Source: Octopus vulgaris
Taxonomy: Eukaryota
Assembly (NCBI GenBank): GCA_951406725.2
Contig: OX597823.1
Location: 60,140,001 to 60,204,000, forward strand
Length of the DNA: 64,000 nucleotides
Reading direction: 5' to 3'
A program made the position numbers and the translations under genes. Positions 1 through 12,867 of this stretch are shown here, one piece after another; within the stretch, counting starts at the first letter, position 1; each line of letters begins with the position of its first letter. The notes under the pieces were generated by a model. The model searched no databases. It saw only the letters and a list, made by a program, of their open reading frames with translations, and had not been told where the DNA came from.

Positions 1-79
1 CAACTCAAAGCCCAGTCTGGGAACTGTACTCACTACCTCATGATTGTGAGTCCAGCACTCTAACCAGCGAGCCATGCAT
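1..79 (-). mobile_element. tRNA-derived SINE head (partial, runs off the window)
   Basis: Reverse complement reads ATGCATGGCTCGCTGGTTAGAGTGCTGGACTCACAATCATGAGGTAGTGAGTACAGTTCCCAG: an A-box and a degenerate B-box, similar to the heads at 16878, 21905 and 60868. Confidence 0.6.
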
Positions 80-357
80 ATGAGAATATTTTTATAAACA
101 AATATTAAAGTATCGAGTGGGTTGGTATTTTTAGAAATGAAGAAAATCTTCAACACAGAAAGTTGTGAAAAACAGCTTTAGAAAGTCAGGTAAAAATAAC
201 CTTAGAGACAGAAGAAAGGGATCAGCAGCCATAAGCAAAGGGTCAAACTCTGTAGCTCTCAAACACTAACTGGGGGCTCTGTATCACTGAGCTAAATGAC
301 CCCAAACACACATGCACATAAGCTCATGCACACATGTACACATGCACACACACACAT

Positions 358-403
<46 letters not shown>

Positions 404-760
404 TTGTCATCATCATCATCATCATCATCGTTATCATGATCATCATTTTAACTTTCACTTTTCCATGTGTGCATAAATCAGATGGAATTTGTTGGGCAGA
501 TTTTCAATGGTCTGATGGCTTTCCTTTAAAAAAAACCCTCATCCAATTCCAAGCAAGGCCAAGATTAACTTCAATGCATTGCACCTTCAACAATGGCTTT
601 AACTGGCCATAACTTTGAAATTGCTGTCAATAATATTCTTGTTTAAGAATATATACATAAAGAGAAAAACAGCTAGTTTTAAATCTCTGAGCAAGGAATA
701 TGTAGTAACAGTACTGATCAGTAAGGTCTATTTGCTAACGCAATGTGGCGATCCTACACA

Positions 761-1181
761 GTAGGAGTGGCTGTGTGGTAAGTAGCTTGTTTAACAACCG
801 CAGGAGTGGCTGTGTGGTAAGTAGCTTGTTTACCAACCACATGGTTCCGGGTTCAGTCCCACTGCGTGGCACCTTGGGCAAGTGTCTTCTACTATAGCCT
901 CGGGCCGACCAATGCCTTGTGAGTGGATTTGGTAGATGGAAACTGAAAGAAGCCCGTCGTATATATGTATATGCGTGTGTGTGTTTGTCCCCCTAGCATT
1001 GCTTGACAACCGATGCTGGTGTGTTTGTGTTCCCGTTACTTAGCGGTCGGCAAAAGAGACCGATAGAATAAGTACTGGGCTTACAAAAGAATAAGTCCCA
1101 GGGTCGAGTTGTTCGATTAAAAGGCGGTGCTCCAGCATGGCCGCAGTCAAATGACTGAAACAAGTAAAAGAGTAAAAGAGT
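761..1181 (+). mobile_element. SINE family A (tRNA-derived, internal TA/TG microsatellite, AAAAGAGT tail), full length with duplicated head
   Basis: A-box TGGCTGTGTGG, B-box GGTTCAGTCCC, body CCTTGGGCAAGTGTCTTCTACTATAGCC, 3' end CAGTCAAATGACTGAAACAAGTAAAAGAGT; more than 10 copies in the window. Confidence 0.9.
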
Positions 1182-1354
1182 ATGATGTTACTACATTTTA
1201 GCCCCCAGGAAAACATCTTTTATCAGCTGGAAAAGATGTTTTCATGGGGGTTAAAAAGTAGTTACATCGTCCTGTGTAGGACTGTCACATTGTGGTGGCA
1301 AATAGACTTTATAATATATACATATATATATATATTATATACATATATACATTT

Positions 1355-1505
1355 TGGCATTAGGAAGGGCATCTAGCTGTAGAAACCATGCCAAAACAGA
1401 CGGGGGCCCTGAACAGCCCTTCAGCTAGTTGGCTCCTGTCAAACCATCCAAGCTATGCCAACACGGAAAACGGACAAACTGAAGGATGATGATGATGATG
1501 ATGAG
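1355..1505 (+). mobile_element. RTE LINE 3' tail fragment ending in (GAT)n
   Basis: TTAGGAAGGGCATCTAGCTGTAGAAACC...GGAAAACGGAC + (GAT)n matches the 3' end of the RTE at 23302-27562. Confidence 0.75.
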
Positions 1506-1705
1506 ATATATATATATACACACACACACACACATATATATGTGTGTGTGTATATATATGTATATATATATGTATGTATATTGATAGATACATATAGATA
1601 TAGATATATACATAAATATATATATACACACACATATATATATACTTACATATATATATATACATACACACACACACACATATATATATATACATACATA
1701 CATAG

Positions 1706-1749
<44 letters not shown>

Positions 1750-2285
1750 TGAAAAATATGAATTAATATACACATGTAATTCAATTCATAATGGAAAATG
1801 ATCTGGTAGATTTTCTAATTTCAAATTTTTTCGCATTTTCGCAACTTTTTTTCTTCTTGGGTTTTTGGATATATATATACATTTATTGTCTATATGATAT
1901 TCTTCAATGACAATGAGCATTAATACAGCTTCTTCATTTGTTCCAGCGTCCCGTTTCTGATTTCACTTCTTCCATCTCATGAAACCAAAAAAAAAAAAGG
2001 AAGAAAAAGAAACAAAAAAAGATCAAATATTAAAAAAACAAAACAAAAGCATGCATAAGTACATAGCAAAAGTCACACATACTTATATGGTATTAAAGAC
2101 TGGCTCTTGTTCTATGGAGTATAAACATGAAAGAAATAATAACAAAAGAATTTCAAAGACAAGAAGAAAAAAAATGTTGACAACGTATATAACATGATGG
2201 TCTTGTTTCTTTGTTTTATATTATATAGACACCACATTGAAATGAATTGGGAGAAAGAAATATTTGAAGATATATGTACGTGTGA

Positions 2286-2338
<53 letters not shown>

Positions 2339-2635
2339 CGTGTGAGTAAATGTATATACATATGTGTGTGTGTGTATGTATGGATAGATGGATGTATTTA
2401 TGTGTTTCTCTTGAAGACTTTTCATAACTTTTAATCAAATCTTCCATTAGAAAGGTAGGCAATTCCAAATAACAGAAAGAATTGTCAAATATATTTCATT
2501 TTTGATAATCATATTTTAAGATTTTGTATCTTCTAAGATAATCTTGACTGGTGTTTTAACAATTGAGTAGAGGTAAAAAAATAAAAAAGATTATTGTTGT
2601 TGTTATTATTATCATTATTATTATTATTATTATTT

Positions 2636-2675
<40 letters not shown>

Positions 2676-2878
2676 CATTATTATCATTATTATTATTATT
2701 AATTAAATAGATGTGATATAGCTTTCTTTCTACTTACATAAGAGTTGTGGTTCTTATAACACAAAACCACACATACACATGATTAGCTGTATATCACTAT
2801 ATATATATATATATAAGTGTGTATTTATTTATGTGCATGTGTGTGTGTATGTGCATACAGATGTTAAATATGTATATA

Positions 2879-2912
<34 letters not shown>

Positions 2913-2914
2913 CC

Positions 2915-3480
2915 TCATTCCTTACACCCACTCCCATTTACCCCACCTCCACCACCACCCTCAACCTAACCCACACCCCACCCTTGCTTTCCCCAGTCTC
3001 GCCTCCCCCACCTTCTAACACCATCACACCACTCCACACACCATTACACCTTACACCACCATACCACACAACACATCACATCACAACACACAACCACACA
3101 CACATCAGCACTAACCACTTCCCAGACCCCACATTTTCTCACCTACACATACACACACACACGCCAAGATCACCAGCCCTCTTCCACACGCATATACAAA
3201 CTCTCTTATATACACGCACACGTACCATCGTTTTAGGATCACCACTACTTTATTATCTCCCCTTCTCCCTAGCTCTCTTCTGTGACCCCTCTGTCTGGCA
3301 TTCACCATGATAGATCACTAGTCACTCCACATTCTTTATTTTCTTTCTGTGTTCCTTTCTGTGGAAGAGAGTATGCTCGAGACGTTAAAGACTTTTGCAC
3401 TTCCCGAGCATTATACTAATACATCTGTTTGTTGTCTACAATACCTGTCTTTGTCTTTTGTGTTTTTGTGAATTCTCCCT
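2915..3480 (+). mobile_element. Penelope-like element 3' remnant with degenerate hammerhead
   Basis: C-rich tract followed by CTTT-CTGTGGA-AGAGAGTATGCTC-GAGA-CGTT-AAAG and the CCCGAGCATTATACTAATAC motif shared with 8844, 16140 and 47240; ends at (TA)n. Confidence 0.55.
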
Positions 3481-3715
3481 ATATATATATAGATAGATAG
3501 ATGGATAAATAAATGTGTGTATATATCATCATCACTTACAACACTTACTTTGAAATATAGTTACGTTAAATATGGAAACATTAAACAAATGAAGTCATCA
3601 ATGAATTGGTCATAGCTAGGATGTCTTTGAACAGAGGTATGTTGGGCTCATACTATTTATAATACCTCAAATACCCATGTTCAGCAGGATTGGGAACCGT
3701 TTTATATATATATAT

Positions 3716-4118
3716 AGGTGTAGGAGTGGCTGTGTGGTAAGTAGCTTGCTTGTGAATAACGTGGTCCCGGTTCAGTCCCACTGCATGGCACCTTGGGCAA
3801 GTGTCTTCTACTATAGCCTCGAGCCGACCAAAGCCTTGTGAGTGGATTTGGTAGACAGAAACTGAAAGAAGCCCGTCATATATAAGTATATATGTATATA
3901 TGTATGTGTGTATATGTTATTGTGTCTGTGTTTATCCTCGCAACATCACTTGACAACCAATGCTGGTGTGTTTACGTCCCTGTAACTTAGCGGTTTGGCA
4001 AAAGAGACCAATAGAATAAGTACTTGGCTTACAAAGAATAAGTCCTGGGGTCAATTTGCTCAACTAAAGGCAGTGCTCCAGCATGGCCACAGTCAAATGA
4101 CTGAAACAAGTAAAAGAT
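3716..4118 (+). mobile_element. SINE family A, full length
   Basis: Colinear with 800-1181. Confidence 0.9.
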
Positions 4119-4140
4119 ATATCTATAAATATATATATGT

Positions 4141-4201
<61 letters not shown>

Positions 4202-4324
4202 CCACCCCATTTGATGTATATGGATAATACCATACCAAATTCTGGTGCCTTTAACTTAAGTACCATATTCATCTGAATCTAAATTTTGCTGAATTTATAT
4301 ATATATATTATCTTTCACCATTTT

Positions 4325-4626
4325 CTTATTTTAGTCATTTGACTGTGGCCATGCTGGGGCACTGCCTTGAAGGGCTTTAGTCAAACAAATCAACTTCAGG
4401 TCTTATTCTATCAGTCTCCCTTGCTGAACTAGTAAATTACATGGACACAAACACACCAACACTGGCTGTTAAGTGGTGGTGGGAGACAAACACAGACACA
4501 AAGACAGACTTTGGTTGGCCAAAGCTAAAGTAGAAGACACTTGGCCAAGGTGCCACGCAGTGGGACTGAACCTGAAATCATGTGGTTGGTAAGCAAGCTA
4601 CTTATCACACAGACACTCCCGCACCT
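4325..4626 (-). mobile_element. SINE family A, internally deleted
   Basis: Reverse-complement match to both head and tail of family A. Confidence 0.85.
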
Positions 4627-4639
4627 ATTTTTATAATTA

Positions 4640-4776
4640 GATATCATTAAAAATTATATTAAAAAATTGTTAGAATATTTTGTGTATTGTACAGCCAATG
4701 TATTGTACATAAATTTTGACAACAAAATCTCATATGGACCCCCAGGGTTCATGTGGACCCTGGTTGAGAACCACTG
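4640..4776. mobile_element. hAT-type MITE end (fragment)
   Basis: GGACCCTGGTTGAGAACCACTG terminus, the reverse complement of the CAGTGGTTCTCAACC terminus typical of hAT/Charlie TIRs; partner end not found. Confidence 0.45.
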
Positions 4777-5233
4777 CTCTAAACTATTGCTGTAAATGGT
4801 AAAAGTATAACTTCTTCCTCTGCAGTTTTAAGCTGATGAACTCCTCTTTGATGTCAAAAGAAGTGGAAGCTAATAATTTCAAGGAAATTTCATAACTGCA
4901 TAATAATTCTATTTTGGAACAGTGGATCTTGAAGCAGGTAATGCTAAATAATAGCATGTAAATATTCAGTTTAAAAAATCCTTGAATAATTTAAGGCTAC
5001 TCATCTCTTGAAGATATGACAGGTGTAATTTCCTTTGCTTCAGTTGATACAAAAATTACTACACCCATACAAAAGGGAACTTGTTTTAGAATTCAAAGAA
5101 TATAAATGAAAGCATATATAATTTATTTAATATATTCTAATGAATTTCAAAGTGTTTCAGGTTTACAGCCTCATCAGAGAAAATTGAGAAACTTTTAAAA
5201 GGAGAATTGTATAAATTCTAATGAGGAAACAAA

Positions 5234-5455
5234 TTAACCCTTTTGATATCAACACCCTTGGGATTGCCCTGGATTCTATGTTATAAACTTGATTTTTTAA
5301 AGAGATTTAAATTAAATCTTTCTTTCAAAATTACACATCGATTCACACCAACATAATAATGACACAGATTATTCTGCTAAATTCTTTATTATTTTGAAAA
5401 TTAATTAAAATAAAAGCCACCAATTTCAACAGGGTTATGATAATGAAAGAGTTAA
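5234..5455 (+). mobile_element. TTAA-flanked piggyBac-type MITE
   Basis: TTAA-CCCTTTTGATATCA ... TGATAATGAAAGAG-TTAA; diverged reverse-complement copy at 60099-60318. Confidence 0.65.
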
Positions 5456-5999
5456 TGAGGTATTAAAGAACAAATGGAAAAGAAAAATAAAGAGTGGAAA
5501 ATAATCATGGTTCATAAAAATATCACATTGTTAAGAGGGGACAAAAAAAACTAACAGTAATTAACAGTAATGAGGAACTGTCATTCAAGGTAGGAAAATT
5601 TAATTTGAAATCTTTGATTTGGGGAATTGAGTTATGAGAGGCCATATAGACAGAAGGAGATAACTTAGTCATGCTACTACAGTGCTGAACTAAACTCGGA
5701 GCAAAATGTTTGTATTGAATTAATAACTAAATAAACAGAGGCAGATGATTAAACATAAAAATTAGTTTATATAGCAACTCAATTGGCTGTGGATAATACA
5801 ACATACTTCAAATTTTAAGGATTATATAGATATAATATTATAGTTAAAGATGAAACTATTACAATGTTAAACTATTTAAATTATCTTTTTAATTAAGGTA
5901 AATTTTAAGTAGATATGTAAACATAATGATTAGGCCACTGATGAATAAACTCAAGTCAGGTCAGGGATCTCATCACAGGCCAATGAGACCTGCCACTCT

Positions 6000-6262
6000 C
6001 TCTCACTATCCACTCAGTCGAAGTCGACTCTTGGTCGCTCGTTGGATCAGTGTCCTCCAATCAGTTCTACCTTGGGCTGCTTCTTTCAGATAGGCTATGT
6101 CCATTCCGGCATCAATCTTGATGGTGTCAAGCCAGCGGGTTCTTGGTTGGCCTCTTCCTCTCTTGCCACTGACCATTCCGAGCATGATGTCCTTCTCCAG
6201 GGATTTTCTCTGCATAATATGACCAAAATATGCCAATCTATGCTTGGTGATCCTAGCTTCTA
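6000..6262 (-). pseudogene. RTE/BovB-like LINE ORF C-terminus and 3' end
   Basis: RLAYFGHIMQRKSLEKDIMLGMVSGKRGRGQPRTRWLD...DWRTLIQRATKSRLRLSG is a typical RTE C-terminal motif; a different family from the 25-27 kb RTE. Confidence 0.85.
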
Positions 6263-6289
6263 ATATCATGTAAACTATTACAACATATT

Positions 6290-6490
6290 CCATGGTTGAG
6301 TGGTCAGTGGCTAAACTGGCTCCTGCACTTTAGTAGCTTGCTACTTTTGAGGAACGTGTCTATGTACCCAGAAGGACTAAAAACATAACCTAATGAAGGA
6401 TGTAATAGTTCTCTGTGGGCCAATGGCCATCTAGTTGGGGAAGGCAATGGCAAACCAGCCCAAGATCTCTGCCATGAAAACACTAAGAGA
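6290..6490 (+). mobile_element. RTE/BovB 5' UTR-like segment
   Basis: GGGGAAGGCAATGGCAAACCAGCCCAAGATCTCTGCCATGAAAAC resembles the RTE 5' UTR motif retained in Bov-A and other bipartite SINEs. Confidence 0.55.
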
Positions 6491-6920
6491 AAGTCTGAAC
6501 GAAGTAAGACTATAGTTTTGTCTGATAACAGAGCTTGTGCTTAATCAGGAGAACTTCCCAGATTAAGCATGAGTTCTCGCATTGTAATTACCTGCTTGTA
6601 ATTATATAAATATTAGACAGCATCAGTTAAATTCTTAAGAGAAACATGTATTTCAACTTCATCTAGAGAAGTCTTGATTCTTGAGATGATCATCCCTGCT
6701 GGTTTCAGTAGCTATTTGGTAACCATGATACATTGTTTAAAGGCAGAGGCAATATGAATTGATCATGAATACATGTTGCATGGTATTTAATATATCTGTA
6801 TTTGTCTATGATGTTCATATACATGACACTGGCCATTCTGAGTTATTTCTCTTAGCTCAATTTTGCTTCGTTTGTGAATATATATATATGTATGTGTATA
6901 TGTGTGTATATGTATGTGTG

Positions 6921-6958
<38 letters not shown>

Positions 6959-7131
6959 TGTTAGAAGCCAGTTCCTTCTGCATAGGAAGGATTTAAATAA
7001 TTAAAAACAAGAGAAAATGCACTCACACACACTCGTACATGCACACACACATACATACAAACATACATACATACACCCATATATCCATCCATCCATCCAT
7101 CCATCCATCCATCCATACATACATACATACA

Positions 7132-7165
<34 letters not shown>

Positions 7166-7577
7166 CATACATACATACATATATACATACTTACATATGC
7201 ATATCTCCATAGACTGCTATTAGTGTGACTTAGTTTATTTTATCTCACATTCCAAGCCCTCTCTTTGAGTTTGGTTCTGGCAAAGCATTGAGCCGGACTC
7301 TGCTATCCTTATTTGGACCTCTTGCCATGATGTATGTTCATCTAGTGTCTTTTAGTTCATTCTGACTCATCTACAACCACCTAAATCACCAGTTTTTTAA
7401 AACAAGGAATCGAAATGCTGTTATAATAGATGGAGAGGGTGGGATCTTTGGTACTATGCAGTGGTGTCTAGTCCACGGAATGGAAAAGCTTTCAATATGT
7501 GTGTGTGTGTGTATACGTATATGTGTGTATATATATATATGTGCGTGTGTGTGTGTATGTATGTATATGTATGTGTG

Positions 7578-7646
<69 letters not shown>

Positions 7647-7656
7647 ACATACATAC

Positions 7657-7704
<48 letters not shown>

Positions 7705-7715
7705 TATATAGAAGG

Positions 7716-7766
7716 AGCTTCTACAGGACTAGAACTGTTTCATTCAAGAGAAATCTTCAGGAAGCT
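7716..7766 (-). ncRNA. Type I hammerhead ribozyme (mirror copy)
   Basis: Exact reverse complement of 8224-8274. Confidence 0.75.
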
Positions 7767-8223
7767 AGTTAACAAGAATTGTATTGGCATTTATACATTT
7801 AGGCAGGTTTAAAGGGGTGTTGGTGGGGGACTTATTGGGGGTAGGCATAGCGCAAAATATCATACTTGGGGGAGTGGTCAAGGAGTCAGTGTTAAATTAG
7901 ATAGAAGAATAAATTAAAAAAAAAAAAAATATATAAAAAAAATATAAAAATATATATATAAAAAAAAATGGGAATAGAGTTTTAGGTAAATAAGTGAGAA
8001 TCTCCTTATTTACCTAAAACTCTATTCCCTTTTTTTATATATATATTTTTATATTTTTTTATATTTTTTATTTTTTTATTTATTCTTCTATCTAATTTAA
8101 CACTGACTCCTTGACCACTCCCCAAGTATGATATTTTGCGCTATGCCTACCCCAAAAAGTCCCCCACCAACACCCCTTTAAACCTGCCTAAATGTATAAA
8201 TGCCAATACAATTCTTGTTAACT

Positions 8224-8274
8224 AGCTTCCTGAAGATTTCTCTTGAATGAAACAGTTCTAGTCCTGTAGAAGCT
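8224..8274 (+). ncRNA. Type I hammerhead ribozyme
   Basis: AGCTTC-CTGAAGA-TTTCTCTTGAAT-GAAA-CAG-TTCTAGTC-CTG-TA-GAAGCT: 6-bp stem I, CUGANGA core, short stem II (TTC/GAA, T-T at its base), GAAA, stem III, GUA cleavage triplet. Confidence 0.75.
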
Positions 8275-8357
8275 CCTTCTATATAATAAATTAATTTTAC
8301 TCTGCTATGTATTGAGTACCTTATTTACTGTGGTTAACCCCGAATCAACCCGGGACC

Positions 8358-8418
<61 letters not shown>

Positions 8419-8429
8419 TATATATATAT

Positions 8430-8972
8430 ATCATATTTCTTGTTCTGTACTTTACCAGATATAACTTGTCCTGAACTTTTCCAAGTGTAACAACTTGTCC
8501 TGTACTTTTCCAGATTTACAATTTCAAAAATATTATTTCTCATGCTCGTATTGATATTCTTAATGTTTGTTTATTCAATTTTACTATTTACCACATGCTT
8601 ACACAGACCCTCTATGTCCTTCCAACTGATTTGGATTATCTGATTCATGGATTTTCTTACTCTACCTTTGGATTACATTACCTTTGAATTCCTTCAGAGT
8701 ACACCGTTTCTGCACCTTTGATTATGAATCATTCTAATTTGTCCATGACTCTTTCACCTCACTTCACTTTACTTCATTTCTCCTGATCTCCTTCCTGTTT
8801 TCACTTTTTCCCCTTTTTTGGAGTTTCCCTTCTCTCCTCTTCCTTTCTGATGGAGAGCTATACTCGAAACATCGAAAATTCTCTTTTGTTCCTGAGCGTC
8901 AGATTAATACATTCCACGTGCATGTCCACTTGTTTGTTATTGTTATTTTTCATGTTCGTCTATTCCATTTGA

Positions 8973-8976
<4 letters not shown>
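8430..8976 (+). mobile_element. Penelope-like 3' remnant with degenerate hammerhead (8844-8878)
   Basis: TTT-CTGATGG-AGAGCTATACTC-GAAA-CATCGAAA, then CCTGAGCGTCAGATTAATAC; ends at (TA)n. Confidence 0.5.
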
Positions 8977-9011
<35 letters not shown>

Positions 9012-9026
9012 TTTAAACTGAATAAC

Positions 9027-9175
<149 letters not shown>

Positions 9176-10299
9176 TATATGCATATATATACATATATAC
9201 ATATATACATATACGTATATTTGGGTTATTCAGTTTAAATTGTATATTGAAGAATACTTGACTTTTGCATATTGAATTCACAATTTATTACTTTTTGGTA
9301 AATCAATACAAGACAATAGGTGTGAGTGCAAACACGTATATATATACATATTTAGAGGCATGGCATACACACACACATTTAAATATATTGCAAATGTGTT
9401 TCTCTCTTACCCTTTCTTTTTCCTAACCTTCATTCTCTCTCTCGCTCTCTCTCCCACTTTCTTCACATATGTGTATGTATATATATATATATATACAAAC
9501 ACATACACACATATGTATATATGCATATGTGTATATATATGTATATATATATATATATTTATACATTTATACATATCATATATATATGTATATACATATT
9601 ATCATATATATATATATGATAATATGTATATATCATGTACATATATGTATATATATATATATACATATATATAACACATACACTCACATTTGCAATATGC
9701 GTGAGCGTATGTATGCATGGATGTATGTATATGTATGCATGCATATACATACATCTCTCTCACGCAAACATATGTGGAAGAGATGAAAAGACAGAGAGAG
9801 AGAGAGAGAGAGCAATCGAGAATGAGATGAGGGAAGACAGAGGGAAAAGGGAGAGGGAAGAGAAAGAATGAGAGAGAGAGAGAAATACTCTAGATTCTTG
9901 TTTTTCAGAGCGTAACAGAGCCCTCATTTCAGTTTGGTCTAATTAAGCAACTGCCCAACTTATAAAATGTGTTTTTATGTAATGAGATAATGGGCCATAA
10001 ATCATAGCTTACTTAGCAAGTGAAATATTTAAAGAAAGGAGTTTCTATAGAAAATACATAAATAGCATTCAGCTTTTTCAAAAGAAGAAAAGTCACTCTG
10101 AGTCAGAAATTTGGCCTCTGCGTCATGGCTTAACATGTTGGAAATAACAAAGAAATTTCTCTCAAATCACTAAAAGACTCTGTTCTGAGATACTTACTAA
10201 AAATAGCTAGCAAAATACACTCTATCATTTAAGAAAATAAATATTCCGTGTTGTAGTTTGATATGCTACAAAGAGTAGCTAAATTTTCTCCACATATAT

Positions 10300-10634
10300 A
10301 GGTACAGGCGTAACTGTGTGGTAAGAAGCTTGCTTCCCAGACCACATAGTTCTGGATTCAGTTCCACTGCATGGCCCCTTAGGCAAGTGTCTTCTACTAT
10401 AGCCTCACGATAACCTCAGGCTGACCAAATCCTTGTGAGTGGATTTGGTAGACAGAACCTGAAAGAAGCCCATTGTATATATATATATATATGTGTGTGT
10501 GTGTCTTTATTTTATGTATGTTTGTCTCTTATCACTGCTTGACAACCAGTGTTGGTTTGTTTACTTTCCCATAACTAGTGGTTCAGCAAAGAGTACAATA
10601 AAATAAGTAACAGGCTTAAAATGTATATATATAT

Positions 10635-10667
<33 letters not shown>

Positions 10668-10790
10668 CACACACATATATATATATATATATATACTGGG
10701 GTTGATTTATTCAACTGAAAAATTCTTCAAGGCAGTGCCCCAGCATGGCCACAGTCTAATGACTGAAGCAAGTAAAAGAAAGAAGATGAA
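10300..10790 (+). mobile_element. SINE family A, diverged, with extra microsatellite
   Basis: Head, body and tail all align with family A. Confidence 0.8.
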
Positions 10791-11283
10791 ATTTATATCA
10801 TTATTCTTTTAAAGAAAGACCTCTGTATGGCAGATCAAGCTTCTAGAAATATCAACCAAATATCCTTGCCATTTACATCCTACCAGCTGTGGTTGGTCAA
10901 TCTCCTAGAAATAGCAGCTAAATGTCCCTCAACTCACACTTTATCATTTTCAAGAAACATGCTATGTAGTGAATTAGTGGCTTGCTTTACTAGAAATGAC
11001 AGACAAATCTCTTGTAAATCACTCACTATCATTTTGAAAAGAAAAAGCATATATTGAATTATGTAGGTCTGAGCATGCTGTGTCTATAACAAAACTTAAA
11101 AAGATGAGATGATTACAACTAGTAGGTCTTTGGTTATTCCACTGTCTTATCAAACCTGAATGTATGAACAGCAAAGGTAACTTCAGTGGAATTTGAACTC
11201 AGAACATAAGGAACTGGAAGACATGCTGCTAAGTGTTTTGTCCAGAAATGGTAACAGTTCTGCTAGCTTGTCACATTATACAC

Positions 11284-11375
<92 letters not shown>

Positions 11376-11377
<2 letters not shown>

Positions 11378-12430
11378 GCGGCAAAACACGAGCAAAACAA
11401 AAAAACTGTTCTCAGTTTTTAAGGAAGCTGACAAATACAAACAAGAAATCATACCACCTAATAAATATGGAGAAGAAGAAGAAGAAGATGAAGAAACAAC
11501 AAAAGCTATAAAACACATGAAATCCAAACTAAAAATAGAACAGCAACGAACCATGATAAAACGATGGCAAGAAAAGCCCCTTCATGGTAAATACTGGACT
11601 AAACTAAACGCAAAAGAAATAGACAAAGAAAAATCCCAGCAATGGTTGAGAAGCTCAGGACTCAAAGCAGGGACAGAGGGATTTTTAATTGCAACACAAG
11701 ACCAAGGCCTCCCCACCAGAAATTACCAAAAACATGTAATGAAAAGAAATATAACAAGTAACTGCAGAATATGTGGAGATGGACAAGAAACAATAAATCA
11801 TATCATCTCTGGCTGCCCAGTCCTGGCTAAGAAGGAATATATTCACAGACATGACAGAGTTGGAACCTACATACACTGGAAGCTATGCCAACATTATGGA
11901 ATAACAACAGAAAAAAGATGGTATAGGCACACACCAGAAAAGGTCACAGAAAACGAGAAAGCAACCATACTCTGGGATATGCCAATACACACAGATAGAG
12001 AAATTAAGGCTAACAGACCAGATATAGTTGTCAGAGATCATGAAGAAAAAAAATAAATGCTTTCTAATTGATGTATCAATACCGGCAGATGACAACGTGT
12101 CTCTAAAAGAAATGGAGAAACTTTCAAAATACAAAGACCTGGAAATAGAGGTAACCAGAATGTGGAATCTAAACACAGAAACAATTCCTATCATAGTAGG
12201 TGCATTAGGCATGATAAAAAAATATTCAGACAAATACATAACAAAAACACCAGGACTTACAAACACATATAACATACAGAAAATTGCACTACTAGGCACT
12301 GCACACATCCTACACAGAACACTTTCCATACAATAACCATCAAAGCATCACAACAAATCACAGCACATACCTAAGGCACACAGAGCTGTTCTCGGTAGTG
12401 AAGTGAAAGCACGCTATAAAAATAAAACTA

Positions 12431-12433
<3 letters not shown>
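11376..12433 (+). mobile_element. R4/Dong-like non-LTR retrotransposon, 5'-truncated, in (AAT)n
   Basis: ORFs 11517-12056 and 12028-12336 join through a frameshift in the A-run near 12050. They contain the CCHC knuckle CRIC..ETINHIISGC, RHD, and the RLE motif NRPDIV...IDVSIP...EKLSKY. Flanked by (AAT)n. Confidence 0.9.
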
Positions 12434-12467
<34 letters not shown>

Positions 12468-12485
12468 TCAATAATAATAATAATA

Positions 12486-12841
12486 ACAAGAGCACTCAGA
12501 GTGTCCAAACCTCCCCTCAGGCAACACCAACATCCTCTCAACAGTTAGCCAGAGATAATATTAAAAATCTGAAATAAACTCAGCTGCTCTCACAAACGAG
12601 AATACTAAAAATGAACCTGACCGTTCTCAAAAATTAATTAAAAAAAACAGAAAAATAATCCAAATCCTTGTCTAATACTGGATCAATCCCCAAATCTAAT
12701 CAGTTTGCGCCAGTTACGAGGCCAAGTATTTCTGAAAGTTTTGCCCAAATTCATCCAGCAGTACTTGAGATATTTTGACCATGGACAAACAAAAAAACAC
12801 GACTGAAAACAATACCTCCGCTTTTGCTAAGGCGGAGGTAA
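12486..12841 (+). mobile_element. Non-autonomous Helentron/HINE-like element
   Basis: 5' ACAAGAGCACTCAGAG..AAACCTCC; 3' hairpin TACCTCCGC-TTTTGCTAAG-GCGGAGGTA whose arm echoes the 5' subterminal ACCTCC. Confidence 0.5.
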
Positions 12842-12867
12842 TAATAATAATAATAACATTAATAACA

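Larger units (their letters stand above)
7700..8360 (+). mobile_element. Fold-back Penelope-like element: ~295-bp inverted arms plus ~70-bp unique tail, in (TA)n
   Basis: 7700-7999 is the near-perfect reverse complement of 8001-8289, centre TAAGTGAGA-A-TCTCCTTA; tail 8290-8360; (TA)n on both sides; a hammerhead in each arm. Confidence 0.8.
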
